Positions 18,491-27,505 of a stretch of 34,029 bases of DNA are shown here, piece by piece. Source of the stretch: Candidatus Sigynarchaeum calidifontis (GTDB taxonomy: Archaea; Asgardarchaeota; Lokiarchaeia; Sigyniarchaeales; Sigyniarchaeaceae); assembly GCA_030587475.2 (NCBI GenBank), contig JAUQYZ020000191.1:1-34029 (forward strand), read 5' to 3'. Both the position numbers and the translations under genes were made by a program. The notes under the pieces were generated by a model, which saw nothing but the letters and a program-made list of their open reading frames with translations, searched no databases and was not told where the DNA came from. Positions within the stretch are counted from its first letter, which is position 1. Each line of letters starts with the position of its first letter.

Positions 18491-19264
18491 TTAGAATGCC
18501 GAGCGCAGCCTCCCCGCGACCTCGATTGCCTTTTCGCGGAGCAAGTTGGTCGCGGAGCTGAAGAGCATGATGTTGGCGCCTTTTTTCTTCCATGCCATGG
18601 CCACGTCTAGTTTCGACCAGTGGATGCCGAAATGCTTCTTGGCCTTGAGGCAAGCTTGCAATATCGTGTCGCAATGGGCAAGGAATTGCGGGTTATCGTA
18701 CTGGCCGATGATGCCCATGCTCATGGTAAAATCGGACGGCCCGACGACGACGCCATCTATCCACGGGCTCGACACGATCGCGTCGATGTTCCGCGCTGCG
18801 ACCGGTGACTCGGCTTGCACGAGTATCGTCGTTTTCTCGTTGGCGACCTTGATATACTCGGCGGTACTGCCACAGGGGCCGAACTTCGACAGGTAATGGC
18901 GCATACCGTGGCTTCTTTCTCCCGCGGGCGGGTACTTCGTGCACTTGACCACGTTGTGGGACTCCGCGGGCGTGTCGACGTGGGGGACAAGTAGCCCGTC
19001 CGCGCCCATGTCGAGCACCTTCGCCATGTACTCGTAGTCGTTCTTCGTCGACCGGACGATGATGGCCAGGTCATAGCTTTTGGCTGCGATGACCACGTCC
19101 TGGATGTCTTGATAACACGCGGGTCCATGTTCTTGATCGATAATGATGAAATCGAATCCCGCCTCCGCGAGGACAGGCGCGATGGCCGGGCAGGCGAAAT
19201 CGTGCACCATGGTACCCGTTATGAGGGTTCCCGCCTTGATTTTATCCCTTAGCGATGTTTGCAT
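18491..19264 (-). CDS. HpcH/HpaI class II aldolase family protein
   Basis: AGFDFIIIDQEHG, KVLDMGADGLLVPHVDT, KYPPAGERS.G, VQAES, DGVVVGPSDFTMSMG. ATG 19264 preceded by SD-like GGTGA. Confidence 0.9.
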   Translation of the reverse strand: MQTSLRDKIKAGTLITGTMVHDFACPAIAPVLAEAGFDFIIIDQEHGPACYQDIQDVVIAAKSYDLAIIVRSTKNDYEYMAKVLDMGADGLLVPHVDTPAESHNVVKCTKYPPAGERSHGMRHYLSKFGPCGSTAEYIKVANEKTTILVQAESPVAARNIDAIVSSPWIDGVVVGPSDFTMSMGIIGQYDNPQFLAHCDTILQACLKAKKHFGIHWSKLDVAMAWKKKGANIMLFSSATNLLREKAIEVAGRLRSAF

Positions 19265-19366
19265 GCTGATCACCTTGCGCTACCACGCGCCAGGGATTTG
19301 ATAGTGTGTGAACCGATATGAATACAAAGGTACATGGTCATCGTGATATATATCGAGTGGAAGGTC

Positions 19367-21700
19367 ATGAAGCTCCCGAAAGTCATCAATCAGCTGCTCG
19401 CCAAGTTCGGCATCGGGAGCGACGCGAAGGGAACCGGCAAGGAATATCGCGACTATCTCTGGCAAGAACCGGGTTTCCATCGCACGCTGGGATCTGTCCT
19501 CTTTCAATACTTGCCTTCCGTGGTAACGGCTTTTTTCTCGATCATTTACTTCGTCATTATCCTGCCAACATTCATTCCCGCGGAGACTCTTGGCCAAGAC
19601 GCGATGTTCCAGCTCTTGCTCGGGTTTTTCTTCGCGCTGGCCGAGGTTGGCATCGGGGACGCGGTTCAGCGCTTTATCTCCGAAAAACGCATCAACCAGC
19701 CCAAGTACACGATTCACTACCTCCAATTCTTCGTCTGGTTTCGCATGTTTTCTGGCCTCATCGTCGTGACCGCGATCACGGCATGGGTCTTCATCTTTCT
19801 CCGCGGATACGTTCCGCTCGTCTATAGCATGTGGTACTTCCTCTTGTATGCCTTGCTGCAATGGCCCGGCTTCTGGAACGTGTTCGTGAGCGCGCTGCAA
19901 GGTTACCAGCAATTCAACAAGGTCAATTTCATCAACATCGGGATGATGCTCATTACCATCGGCACGGGTTATGGCTGCATTTCATTGTTCAAGTTCCTCG
20001 GCTCGCTGAACCCTGTATTCGGAGAGACCATGGGGAGCACGTTCGGGTTCATTGTCGGCTTGTACATGAACAACGTTATCACGTTTCTCCTCTCGGCAAA
20101 GACGATCAAGGACGTGCTCGGAAAGATCAACCCGTCCTGGACGCTGAAGACCGTGTTCCGTGCCGAGTTCCCGAGGGCGATCTTCGACGAGTGCTTGCGG
20201 TTCGGAGCGCAGAGCATGGCCGCCACGTTCATCGACACGTTCTTCAAGATGGTTCTCACGTCGCTGGCGATCAGCTGGCTCCCCAACTATGGCACGATCT
20301 ACGGCATCCTGGCGATCACGATCAGCGTGGCAGGCTTGATAAACGTCGGCATTCCCATCACGCCGATCGTGAGCGAGGCCTACAACAACCGGAAGATCGA
20401 CCTCACGGAATACTACATCGGCCACGGGCTGAAGTATTGCGGCGTATTCGCCTCGATGTTCGGGTCGACCATCCTCGCGATTGCTCCCATTTTCCTCGTG
20501 TTGTCCGGTCCCTATGCAATGGCGACCCTTTTTCTCCCATATGTCGCGATGACCCGCATCCTCTTCGCGTTCAGCAAGCTGCTCGATGATTGCACGACGG
20601 GGTGCAATCGCCCGTCCCTCCGCATCGTCTACGTCATGATCGAGAACGCGAGCCGGCTGGTCTTTATGGCGGTGTTCGTGCTCGAGCTCAAGATGGGATG
20701 GATCGGGTACTTGCTCGCCGAGACCTGCGGCTTGCTCGCCAAGAACGTCGCCGGGTGGATCATCTTCCGTTTCAAGGTCATGCGGCTTTACATGTCTTTC
20801 ACGCAAACCGTTTTGTTGCCGCTGATCGCCGGCATTGCCCAGTACACGGTCTTGAAGGCCTTGATAGCCCTGGTCTTTCCTTGGTTCTCGTGGCTATTCG
20901 GCCCGGTCATCGCCATCGGCATATTCGTGGTCATCGGCATGGTGATCACGCCCGTCTATGTCTACTGGACGGTCTACACCATCGGAGGGGGTTGGGACCC
21001 TGTCGGTCTCGATATTTTGAAAGAAGCGACTGAGATCGCCGATATATCAAAACCAATCGCCAAGCTTTTCAATGATATTGCTCAAAAGCTTGCCCGGAAA
21101 TCTCCTCTCTATAACAAGTTCCCGATCCACTTCCGCAGCGCGCAGTTCGAGCTGGACGAGCTCCGGGTCATGATGGGGCGGGAGCCGAGGGCATCGCTGC
21201 ACGTCTGGGACTTGCTCCCCCAAGTCGTCGTGCTAGACCAAGACGAGATCAAGCGACGCGCCTTCGAGATCTACACCGAGCGGCTGTCGTACGACCAGCT
21301 CGTCTGGCTACTCGCCGAGTCCACGCTCATGGTGCAGGACGTGTTCATCAGGAAGCCGTTCGGCCCCATCACGACCACGGAAGGCCATCTCGAGCTGAAC
21401 CCGGACTTGTTGAACCCACGGCCGAACCACAACAAGATAGCGAAGCTGGCAAAGCAGATTTTCGAGACCGAGCACCCGCCCATCGATAAACTGCACTGGC
21501 TCATCGCGGAGCGCCGGTGGCTCTATTTCACGCTCAAGAACGCGAAAAAGAAGGGTGCTAAAAGCCTTCCTCTGAATCCAGGCGCTGTACATGTTGGCCC
21601 GGCACATGCTGCCAGGGAAGCAAAGATCGCCGCCGAGATGCGGGCAGCACTCAAGAAGTCGGTAGACCGGCTGAAGCACCTTTTTGAAAAACATGCGTGA
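19367..21700 (+). CDS. MOP-superfamily (polysaccharide/oligosaccharide flippase-like) transporter with a soluble C-terminal extension containing two DUF2934-like repeats
   Basis: About 14 TM segments; EVGIGDAVQRFISE, SALQGYQQF, PIVSEAYN patterns typical of flippase/MATE-like proteins; ~200-aa soluble tail. Start chosen at ATG 19367 (alternative 19334). Confidence 0.75.
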   Translation: MKLPKVINQLLAKFGIGSDAKGTGKEYRDYLWQEPGFHRTLGSVLFQYLPSVVTAFFSIIYFVIILPTFIPAETLGQDAMFQLLLGFFFALAEVGIGDAVQRFISEKRINQPKYTIHYLQFFVWFRMFSGLIVVTAITAWVFIFLRGYVPLVYSMWYFLLYALLQWPGFWNVFVSALQGYQQFNKVNFINIGMMLITIGTGYGCISLFKFLGSLNPVFGETMGSTFGFIVGLYMNNVITFLLSAKTIKDVLGKINPSWTLKTVFRAEFPRAIFDECLRFGAQSMAATFIDTFFKMVLTSLAISWLPNYGTIYGILAITISVAGLINVGIPITPIVSEAYNNRKIDLTEYYIGHGLKYCGVFASMFGSTILAIAPIFLVLSGPYAMATLFLPYVAMTRILFAFSKLLDDCTTGCNRPSLRIVYVMIENASRLVFMAVFVLELKMGWIGYLLAETCGLLAKNVAGWIIFRFKVMRLYMSFTQTVLLPLIAGIAQYTVLKALIALVFPWFSWLFGPVIAIGIFVVIGMVITPVYVYWTVYTIGGGWDPVGLDILKEATEIADISKPIAKLFNDIAQKLARKSPLYNKFPIHFRSAQFELDELRVMMGREPRASLHVWDLLPQVVVLDQDEIKRRAFEIYTERLSYDQLVWLLAESTLMVQDVFIRKPFGPITTTEGHLELNPDLLNPRPNHNKIAKLAKQIFETEHPPIDKLHWLIAERRWLYFTLKNAKKKGAKSLPLNPGAVHVGPAHAAREAKIAAEMRAALKKSVDRLKHLFEKHA

Positions 21701-21707
21701 TGATCGC

Positions 21708-21716
21708 TTTTTTTTA
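21708..21716 (+). terminator. Oligo-T terminator candidate
   Basis: T-run starting about 8 nt after the stop at 21700. Confidence 0.45.
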
Positions 21717-21779
21717 TAATAGGACGGATCAATTATCATTCCTTTCAAAAAGTGAGAAAAAAAAGTTAATGAAGATCTG

Positions 21780-22184
21780 GTGAAAATCGTGTCAAGTTAC
21801 ATTCCCAAGTATATCTTGAAGCGCATGTTCCCCGAGGACTCGTTCAAGGCGGTTGAAGGCGGCCTGGAGATTACGATGGTGAATGTTATCTCCCCACTTA
21901 GTGTGGATGAAGTACCCGACGACGTGGAAAATTATCTAGAAGCCACGATTAACGGGATCAAGTTAAGCAACGAGGACAAGAAGAAGATCAAGATCATCAC
22001 CTCGCAAAAGACCTTCACGCTCGCCAACGCGAAGGAATTCGCGGGTGTCGTGATCCCCGTCGGCGACAAGCTCAAGGTGTTCTTGCCAGGCAAATTTGCG
22101 GTCGGTGACGAGCCCGAGATCGGGATCCTCATCAAGACCGAGCATCCCTTCGAGTTGACCGGAATAAAGCGCAAGGTCTGCTGA
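21780..22184 (+). CDS. Small beta-rich hypothetical protein
   Basis: Coding-like composition, fills the gap, followed by a T-run near 22219-22227; YIPKYILKRMFPEDSFK..EGGLEITMVNVISPL; exact GTG start uncertain. Confidence 0.75.
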   Translation: MKIVSSYIPKYILKRMFPEDSFKAVEGGLEITMVNVISPLSVDEVPDDVENYLEATINGIKLSNEDKKKIKIITSQKTFTLANAKEFAGVVIPVGDKLKVFLPGKFAVGDEPEIGILIKTEHPFELTGIKRKVC

Positions 22185-22258
22185 GCTGCTATCTTCCCGA
22201 TCGCAATGTTTCAATTCCTTTTTTTTATGAACATCTCAAAGCAAGGAAGGATAATCGC

Positions 22259-23419
22259 ATGAACATCATCATCGTCGGCGCAGGCGGTCATGCTAGCTCG
22301 TGGAGACGATACATCGATGCGCATCCTGGCTGGAAGCTTGTCGGCATCGTCGACACGGACACGGAGAAGCTGGAGCACGCGACGATGTGGGGCGTGCCCG
22401 AGGAATGCGCTTACCCGTCGATCGAGATGGCTGCCCGGTGGACAGAGGAGAAAATCGACGCTGCCCTCATTGCCACGCCGATCTACACGCACCACTTGCT
22501 CGCCACCGAGGCGATCGAGCAAGGCTGGCACGTGATCGTCGAGAAGAACATGGCGTCGACCATCGAACAAGCCCAGGCCATGGTGAGGCTCGCACGTGCG
22601 CACCCGGAGATCTGCACCGCCGTCGGGACGCAGTACCGGTTTCGTCCCCTCTGGTGGACCATCCGCCAGATGGTGCACGAGGAACAAGCCATCGGGAAGT
22701 TATCGTTCGTGCAAGCGAAGAGCATGGCCTTTTCTGGCACGATGCGGGAGGGATGGCGGGCGTGGCTCGAGGACATCTACACGCAAGACATGATGTGCCA
22801 CCACGTCGATGTCTTGCGGTACTCGACAGGCCTCGAGTTCGTCAAGGTCCAGGCCCTGGTTTTCAAGCCCGCCTGGTCCAAGTGGCTCGGCGCGTCGTCG
22901 GTCGCCATGAATTTCGTCATGGCGCCCCGCGGCCACGAGGCAAACAAGGATGAATGGGTGCACGGCCAATATCACGGCGACTGGCAAGGCACGGGTCTCA
23001 AGGTGTATTGGGAAGACAATTTCGAGTATCACGGCCAAAAGGGCAGCCTGCGCATCGAGCCCCCTGCCGAGCGGCCCAAATCGGCATGGGAGCCGGGGCC
23101 GCTTATGCCACTCGCGGGCGAACCGGCGGGCAGCAAGCTCGTGCTCTACCTGGACGACGACAACGGTGCCAACAAGGAAACGCGAATCGTGGAGAAGCGA
23201 ACCGATGTCCAGCATCACGCGAAGGGATACATCGACCAGATGTTCATGCTGGATGATTTGCACCAGTGCATCGAGAGCGGGGGCAAGCGGCAGCCCGCCA
23301 CGAGCTTCGAGGAGGCGTACCGGTCGTTCCTGGTCACCCGGCTCGCGGTAGAAAGCTCCAGGACGGGTAGAACGTTGTGGATACCGAACTACTGGCTCGA
23401 ACCCGTCCCGGAGCCATGA
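22259..23419 (+). CDS. Gfo/Idh/MocA family NAD(P)-dependent oxidoreductase
   Basis: IIIVGAGG Rossmann motif, IDAALIATP..TH, GWHVIVEKNMA, QYRF.P, DMMCHHVD. Confidence 0.9.
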   Translation: MNIIIVGAGGHASSWRRYIDAHPGWKLVGIVDTDTEKLEHATMWGVPEECAYPSIEMAARWTEEKIDAALIATPIYTHHLLATEAIEQGWHVIVEKNMASTIEQAQAMVRLARAHPEICTAVGTQYRFRPLWWTIRQMVHEEQAIGKLSFVQAKSMAFSGTMREGWRAWLEDIYTQDMMCHHVDVLRYSTGLEFVKVQALVFKPAWSKWLGASSVAMNFVMAPRGHEANKDEWVHGQYHGDWQGTGLKVYWEDNFEYHGQKGSLRIEPPAERPKSAWEPGPLMPLAGEPAGSKLVLYLDDDNGANKETRIVEKRTDVQHHAKGYIDQMFMLDDLHQCIESGGKRQPATSFEEAYRSFLVTRLAVESSRTGRTLWIPNYWLEPVPEP

Positions 23420-23438
23420 ACCCGCACGCGCGGGCTGG

Positions 23439-23448
23439 AAAAAAAAAA
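23439..23448 (-). terminator. Oligo-T terminator candidate for the FmdE-family gene
   Basis: A-run on + directly after the minus-strand stop at 23456, between convergent genes. Confidence 0.45.
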
Positions 23449-23455
23449 CGGGCTT

Positions 23456-24061
23456 TCACCTTGTTATACGCGGTTTTTCGAAAAGCGCGCATGCCTTGCA
23501 CACGACCTTGTCCTCGAAGGGCACCATGGCGAGCCGGGTCGTTTGTTCGCCGCAGCCCGGGCATGCCACGATCTCCTTGCCCTCGATGTCGGGTCTCATG
23601 ACCTTCTTGAAGGGCTTCTTGACGATCCCCTTGTCGATGTCGATGCCCCACAGCGCGTCTTGTATTTTTTTTGCGGGAATTTTTTCACACTTGCCTTGAT
23701 TTGCCCACGCGTCCAGCGTGGGATCGTTCTTGATGTACTCGTTGTCGATGATGAGCCTGAACTGGTCTTCATGGTTCTTGGTGACTTGAATGGCAAGTTT
23801 CCCGACATCGTAGACCCGGAAGTAGACGTGGTGGCCGCCGTGCCCGAGCAAGTACCGGCACACCGCTTGTAAACCGTCGGGAACGCAGCGGGTCGTCTCC
23901 GACGTGAGCATCACGACATCATCCTTGGACGGACGGATCTCTTTCAACGCCCGCTGGGCGAGCTTGAACCCGATGATGAGGCCTGGCGCGAGGTGACCGT
24001 GCATGTTGACAGCGTCTTCAATTATTTCCTTGGGAATGTTCTTTATGAGCTCGTCTATCAT
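23456..24061 (-). CDS. FmdE family protein with C-terminal zinc finger
   Basis: HGHLAPGLIIG, ETTRCVPDGLQ, D.GKLA, C-terminal CPGCGE..(x)..VCKAC. Confidence 0.85.
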   Translation of the reverse strand: MIDELIKNIPKEIIEDAVNMHGHLAPGLIIGFKLAQRALKEIRPSKDDVVMLTSETTRCVPDGLQAVCRYLLGHGGHHVYFRVYDVGKLAIQVTKNHEDQFRLIIDNEYIKNDPTLDAWANQGKCEKIPAKKIQDALWGIDIDKGIVKKPFKKVMRPDIEGKEIVACPGCGEQTTRLAMVPFEDKVVCKACALFEKPRITR

Positions 24062-24130
24062 GGCCGTTCACGGGGAATCGGTCTCGTGCAAGGATTATCT
24101 GCTTTCCATGCATTATAGATTTTGCGAACC

Positions 24131-24880
24131 ATGACCACGTTCACGTTCGAAATCATCGGCCATCGTGGCTGCGAAGGCCTCGCTCCCGAGAACTCGCTCT
24201 CGGCGATGCGAAAGGCCATCGAGCTGGGCATCGACCGGGTCGAGTTCGACATTAACGAAACGAAAGATGGCACTCTCGTCGTCATCCACGACAAGAACCT
24301 CAAGATCGGATTGAAATCAATTCCGGTAAAGCAGCTCGATCGCCACGCCATCGCCAGGACCAAGAATATCACCCTCGAGGAGGTACCCTTGCTCGACGAG
24401 GTCCTGGAAACGTGCAAGGGCAAGATCAAGATCCAGGCCGAGCTCAAGGTGGATGGCATCGAGGCCCGCGTCGCCGAGGCACTGGAAAGATCGGGCTTCC
24501 CCGCAGCTGACGTGAGCGTCTCGAGTTTCGACATCAACCGGCTCATTCGACTTCGCGGGATCGCGAAATTTTTACTGCCAATTCAGCTCGTGTATTTGGT
24601 CAAAAAGAACAAGGACATAGCTGCCTCCCTCCCCGAGATGCAGCAGGCCGGCATCGGATCGATCTCGATGCACGCATCCCGCGTCACTCCAAAGCTGGTT
24701 CGCCTCGTCCACGATCACGGCGTGCGTGCGCTCGCGTGGGGTGTTGAGGAGAAGGGAAAGCCCCGGCGAGATATTATTAGATCGTATGAATTACTATTAG
24801 GCAAGGGTGTCGACGGTTTCACGTGCGCCTATCCAGACGTGTTGATGGAGATGGTCCGGGCAGCCCGCTCGACTAGATGA
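24131..24880 (+). CDS. Glycerophosphodiester phosphodiesterase (GDPD/UgpQ family)
   Basis: IIGHRG...APENSL.A..KA, VEFDI..TKDG.LVVIHD, VP.LDEVL, ELK, SSFD, GVDGFT..YP. Confidence 0.92.
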   Translation: MTTFTFEIIGHRGCEGLAPENSLSAMRKAIELGIDRVEFDINETKDGTLVVIHDKNLKIGLKSIPVKQLDRHAIARTKNITLEEVPLLDEVLETCKGKIKIQAELKVDGIEARVAEALERSGFPAADVSVSSFDINRLIRLRGIAKFLLPIQLVYLVKKNKDIAASLPEMQQAGIGSISMHASRVTPKLVRLVHDHGVRALAWGVEEKGKPRRDIIRSYELLLGKGVDGFTCAYPDVLMEMVRAARSTR

Positions 24881-24905
24881 TCTAGAGCTTGAGGTTTGCA
24901 GCGCG

Positions 24906-25793
24906 ATGGCAAAATACGTGTTTCAAAAGGAGCAGATGCCGCATTACTCCCAGGTAACGAACGCTTGCGGCATCACGGCCGTCTTGATGGCAGTTCAGCC
25001 AAATATCGACGTGCAAGCGCAGCGGCTGCTCGAGAAAATCGTTTCAAAAGCCAAGGTCATGTATGGGGATCTCGATGGCTTGCTTGTCCCCGTGAACTCC
25101 CGGCACCAGGTCGCTGCTGCTTATTTGTTGCTGAAATGCGCCTTGTCCCCCAAGGTACATGAGCTCGTGTCGAGTTACGACCCGGAGAACTACGAGTTTC
25201 TACAAGGCATCCTCGAATATGAGCTCCGGAACCGGATGGCGGGCAAGTCCGAGAAGTACGGCAAGTCGCTCGACAAGATGGTCAATGCCTACTTGAAGAA
25301 AGGCGAGAAATGGGACATCGACAAGGTGTTTCTTTATGAATACACCACGCGCATCAAGACTGACGTGGAACTCAAGTTGCTCATGGCCCTCTTCGGGTAC
25401 AAGTTCGTCCGGTTCCCTTACTCCGCCGACGGGACGGGCAGCGTCAACTTCGACACGATCGAGCAGATAATCTCTTCGAACGTGATCAAGGACGACCAGC
25501 TCAATAGCTACGACGAAATTTTCGAGTTCATGATCACGTTCGTAGAGGTTAATTTCGACAAGAGCGTCACGATCATCAACACGGGTGCTCATTGGGTCAC
25601 CGCGCAGCAGCTCATCCTCCAGGACGATAAGCGCATCCCGGAGCTATATTATCTCGACCCAACGAGCTCGCCCAAGCCGATCCGGCTGAACGACTGGAAA
25701 CGGAACATCTGGTTCTATTTTTTCCAGCCGGACCAACAGCTTCGTGATCGCATGAAGCCGGTCATCGAGAAGGTGCTCGACTTGAAATATTGA
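24906..25793 (+). CDS. Putative papain-fold cysteine peptidase, C39-like, with large helical insertion
   Basis: PHYSQVTNACGITAVLMA (Q..CG), IINTGAHWVT (His), LYYLDP (Asp). Triad order and context match C39-like enzymes. Confidence 0.6.
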   Translation: MAKYVFQKEQMPHYSQVTNACGITAVLMAVQPNIDVQAQRLLEKIVSKAKVMYGDLDGLLVPVNSRHQVAAAYLLLKCALSPKVHELVSSYDPENYEFLQGILEYELRNRMAGKSEKYGKSLDKMVNAYLKKGEKWDIDKVFLYEYTTRIKTDVELKLLMALFGYKFVRFPYSADGTGSVNFDTIEQIISSNVIKDDQLNSYDEIFEFMITFVEVNFDKSVTIINTGAHWVTAQQLILQDDKRIPELYYLDPTSSPKPIRLNDWKRNIWFYFFQPDQQLRDRMKPVIEKVLDLKY

Positions 25794-25838
25794 CGATATC
25801 ATGTTTTTGGATCCAACCAGGAAGCCACGTGACATGCC

Positions 25839-26090
25839 ATGCCCGCCCGCAAGTTTCGCACGATTTCGCTCGCGTCAATCGACCGGATCTTCTTGAACGC
25901 ACAACTAACGCCTCCTGACATTGCAGCGGCCGAAGAGCTTGGCCATTTGCTCGAGGACGTGGCTATCGAGGTGCTTGAAACGGCGACGGCCTTGACCAAG
26001 TACGCGGGTCGCAAGACGATAAACGATGCGGACATCAAGCTCGCCTACGACCAATGGAAGCAAAAAAAGCCTCTCAAGCTCCCCCCGTGA
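25839..26090 (+). CDS. Archaeal histone (HMf-type fold), divergent variant with short basic N- and C-terminal extensions
   Basis: Aligns without gaps to the HMfB core: ISLASIDRIF..A..AEELGHLLEDVAIEV...A..L.KYAGRKTINDADIKLA. Confidence 0.88.
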   Translation: MPARKFRTISLASIDRIFLNAQLTPPDIAAAEELGHLLEDVAIEVLETATALTKYAGRKTINDADIKLAYDQWKQKKPLKLPP

Positions 26091-26096
26091 ACGAAG

Positions 26097-27332
26097 ATGG
26101 CAGTATCAGACCCGCAACCAGTATCCGTGGCAGCCAGGATCGAGTCATTCGTGCGCAAACTTTCGTTCCCGCGTTATCTTGGCACGTCGAACGAGGCTCG
26201 TGCGAGGCAAATCATCAAGGACCAATGCAAGGCACTGGATCTCGGTTTTGAAACCGATCCATTCAAGGCATCGGACTTTTTTATGAAATACATCAATACA
26301 ATTCCCTACTTCATCATGGGCTTGTATGTGCTCGTGTTCACCATCTTGATAATGATGATTCCGAACCCTGGCTTGGTGCTCGTGTTGGCCGTGATCTTGA
26401 TTCTGCTCGCCTTCAGCTCCGAGGCAATCTTGCACGTCGTGAAGTATCCCGCTATGTATTGCCGCTTCGCGCGCGTCGTGGACACGGAAAACATCGTGAT
26501 CGAGAAAAAAGCGGCCGGCAGCGGATTCCAGAAGCAGAACATTTTCCTGCTCGCACACTCGGATAGCAAGACAGAAAAGCCAAACCCGCAGTTCTGGTTC
26601 GTGCTGGAATACTTGACCATCAGTTTCGGCTCATGGACGCTGGCAGCGCATGCCATCGTGTATATTGTGCTTGGCTCACTCGCTGGAGGGACTTTCCCGC
26701 ACACGCCGGGGTGGTTTTTCTACGGCATCGTCCTCGCTCTCATTGACATGCTCCGCATCTCGACTGCTTACTACGAAGGCGATTCCCCGGGCGCGAGCGA
26801 CGACGCCATCGGCGTGGCGATCGAGATCGAATTGATGAAACGATTAGCAACTGAATCATTACAGCACGTGAACGTGACCAGCGTCATCACGGGTGCGGAG
26901 GAGGTCGGCGAGGCAGGGGCATACCAGTTCATCAAGAAACGGACAAGGGCGCTTGATAAACGGACCTCCCATTTCATCGTGATCGACGGCATGTGCAAGA
27001 ATCACGTACGGTACTTCACGACGGCTGGCTTCACGTTCAAGCGGTTTTCACTGCTCGTCCGCCGTGCGGTCGAGAATCTCATCGTGAAAAAAGACGATAG
27101 CATCAAGGATATCTCGTTTTCTCGGAGCTGGATGCCGCCTCCCGTGAACACGGATCATTCCGCCGTCTTCAAGCTCGGCTACAATGCGTTCGTGATGGAA
27201 TCAAATGTCGGCGTGACCCACACGGCGAAAGACACTCCGGATATCATCGATTACGAATTCGCTGCGCGCTTCGTGGAATTTCTCGCCGCCTTGGTAAAGG
27301 AAATCGATGTCCTCGCGGGAAATGGCGCTTGA
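26097..27332 (+). CDS. M28 family metallopeptidase with two inserted transmembrane hairpins
   Basis: [51 protein letters not shown]; two hydrophobic hairpins inside the catalytic domain. Confidence 0.85.
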   Translation: MAVSDPQPVSVAARIESFVRKLSFPRYLGTSNEARARQIIKDQCKALDLGFETDPFKASDFFMKYINTIPYFIMGLYVLVFTILIMMIPNPGLVLVLAVILILLAFSSEAILHVVKYPAMYCRFARVVDTENIVIEKKAAGSGFQKQNIFLLAHSDSKTEKPNPQFWFVLEYLTISFGSWTLAAHAIVYIVLGSLAGGTFPHTPGWFFYGIVLALIDMLRISTAYYEGDSPGASDDAIGVAIEIELMKRLATESLQHVNVTSVITGAEEVGEAGAYQFIKKRTRALDKRTSHFIVIDGMCKNHVRYFTTAGFTFKRFSLLVRRAVENLIVKKDDSIKDISFSRSWMPPPVNTDHSAVFKLGYNAFVMESNVGVTHTAKDTPDIIDYEFAARFVEFLAALVKEIDVLAGNGA

Positions 27333-27339
27333 AACACGT

Positions 27340-27489
27340 GATTTATACATCCTCCGCGAGCCGGAGGCCCCGCTTTTGCCCGTGCGCCAGCTGGTCTCGA
27401 TCGCGATGATGAAGGATATGGTGGATCAAGGCTGCCAGTTCTACTTTGCCACGTGGTCTCCCATGTTGATGGCATGCCCGGGCGTAACT
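27340..27489 (+). pseudogene. Remnant of an ABC-type (AAA_21/COG3910-like) ATPase gene, Walker B to H-loop segment only
   Basis: [48 protein letters not shown] matches the recalled consensus LYILDEPE..LSP.RQ......G.QF..ATHSP.LMA.PG, with D>R and H>W; no Walker A or N-terminal half. Confidence 0.7.
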
Positions 27490-27505
27490 TGGCAATCGAT
27501 TCATA

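Noticed and set aside
22179-22262. Cys-TGA ending of the 134-aa ORF as a possible selenocysteine (CU) read-through
   Set aside because: Read-through runs across a T-rich terminator-like tract into the next start; no redox fold and no SECIS that I could identify
25839-25865. Histone N-terminal ARK as a homolog of the H3 ARKS motif
   Set aside because: A three-residue match in a very short extension cannot be told apart from chance
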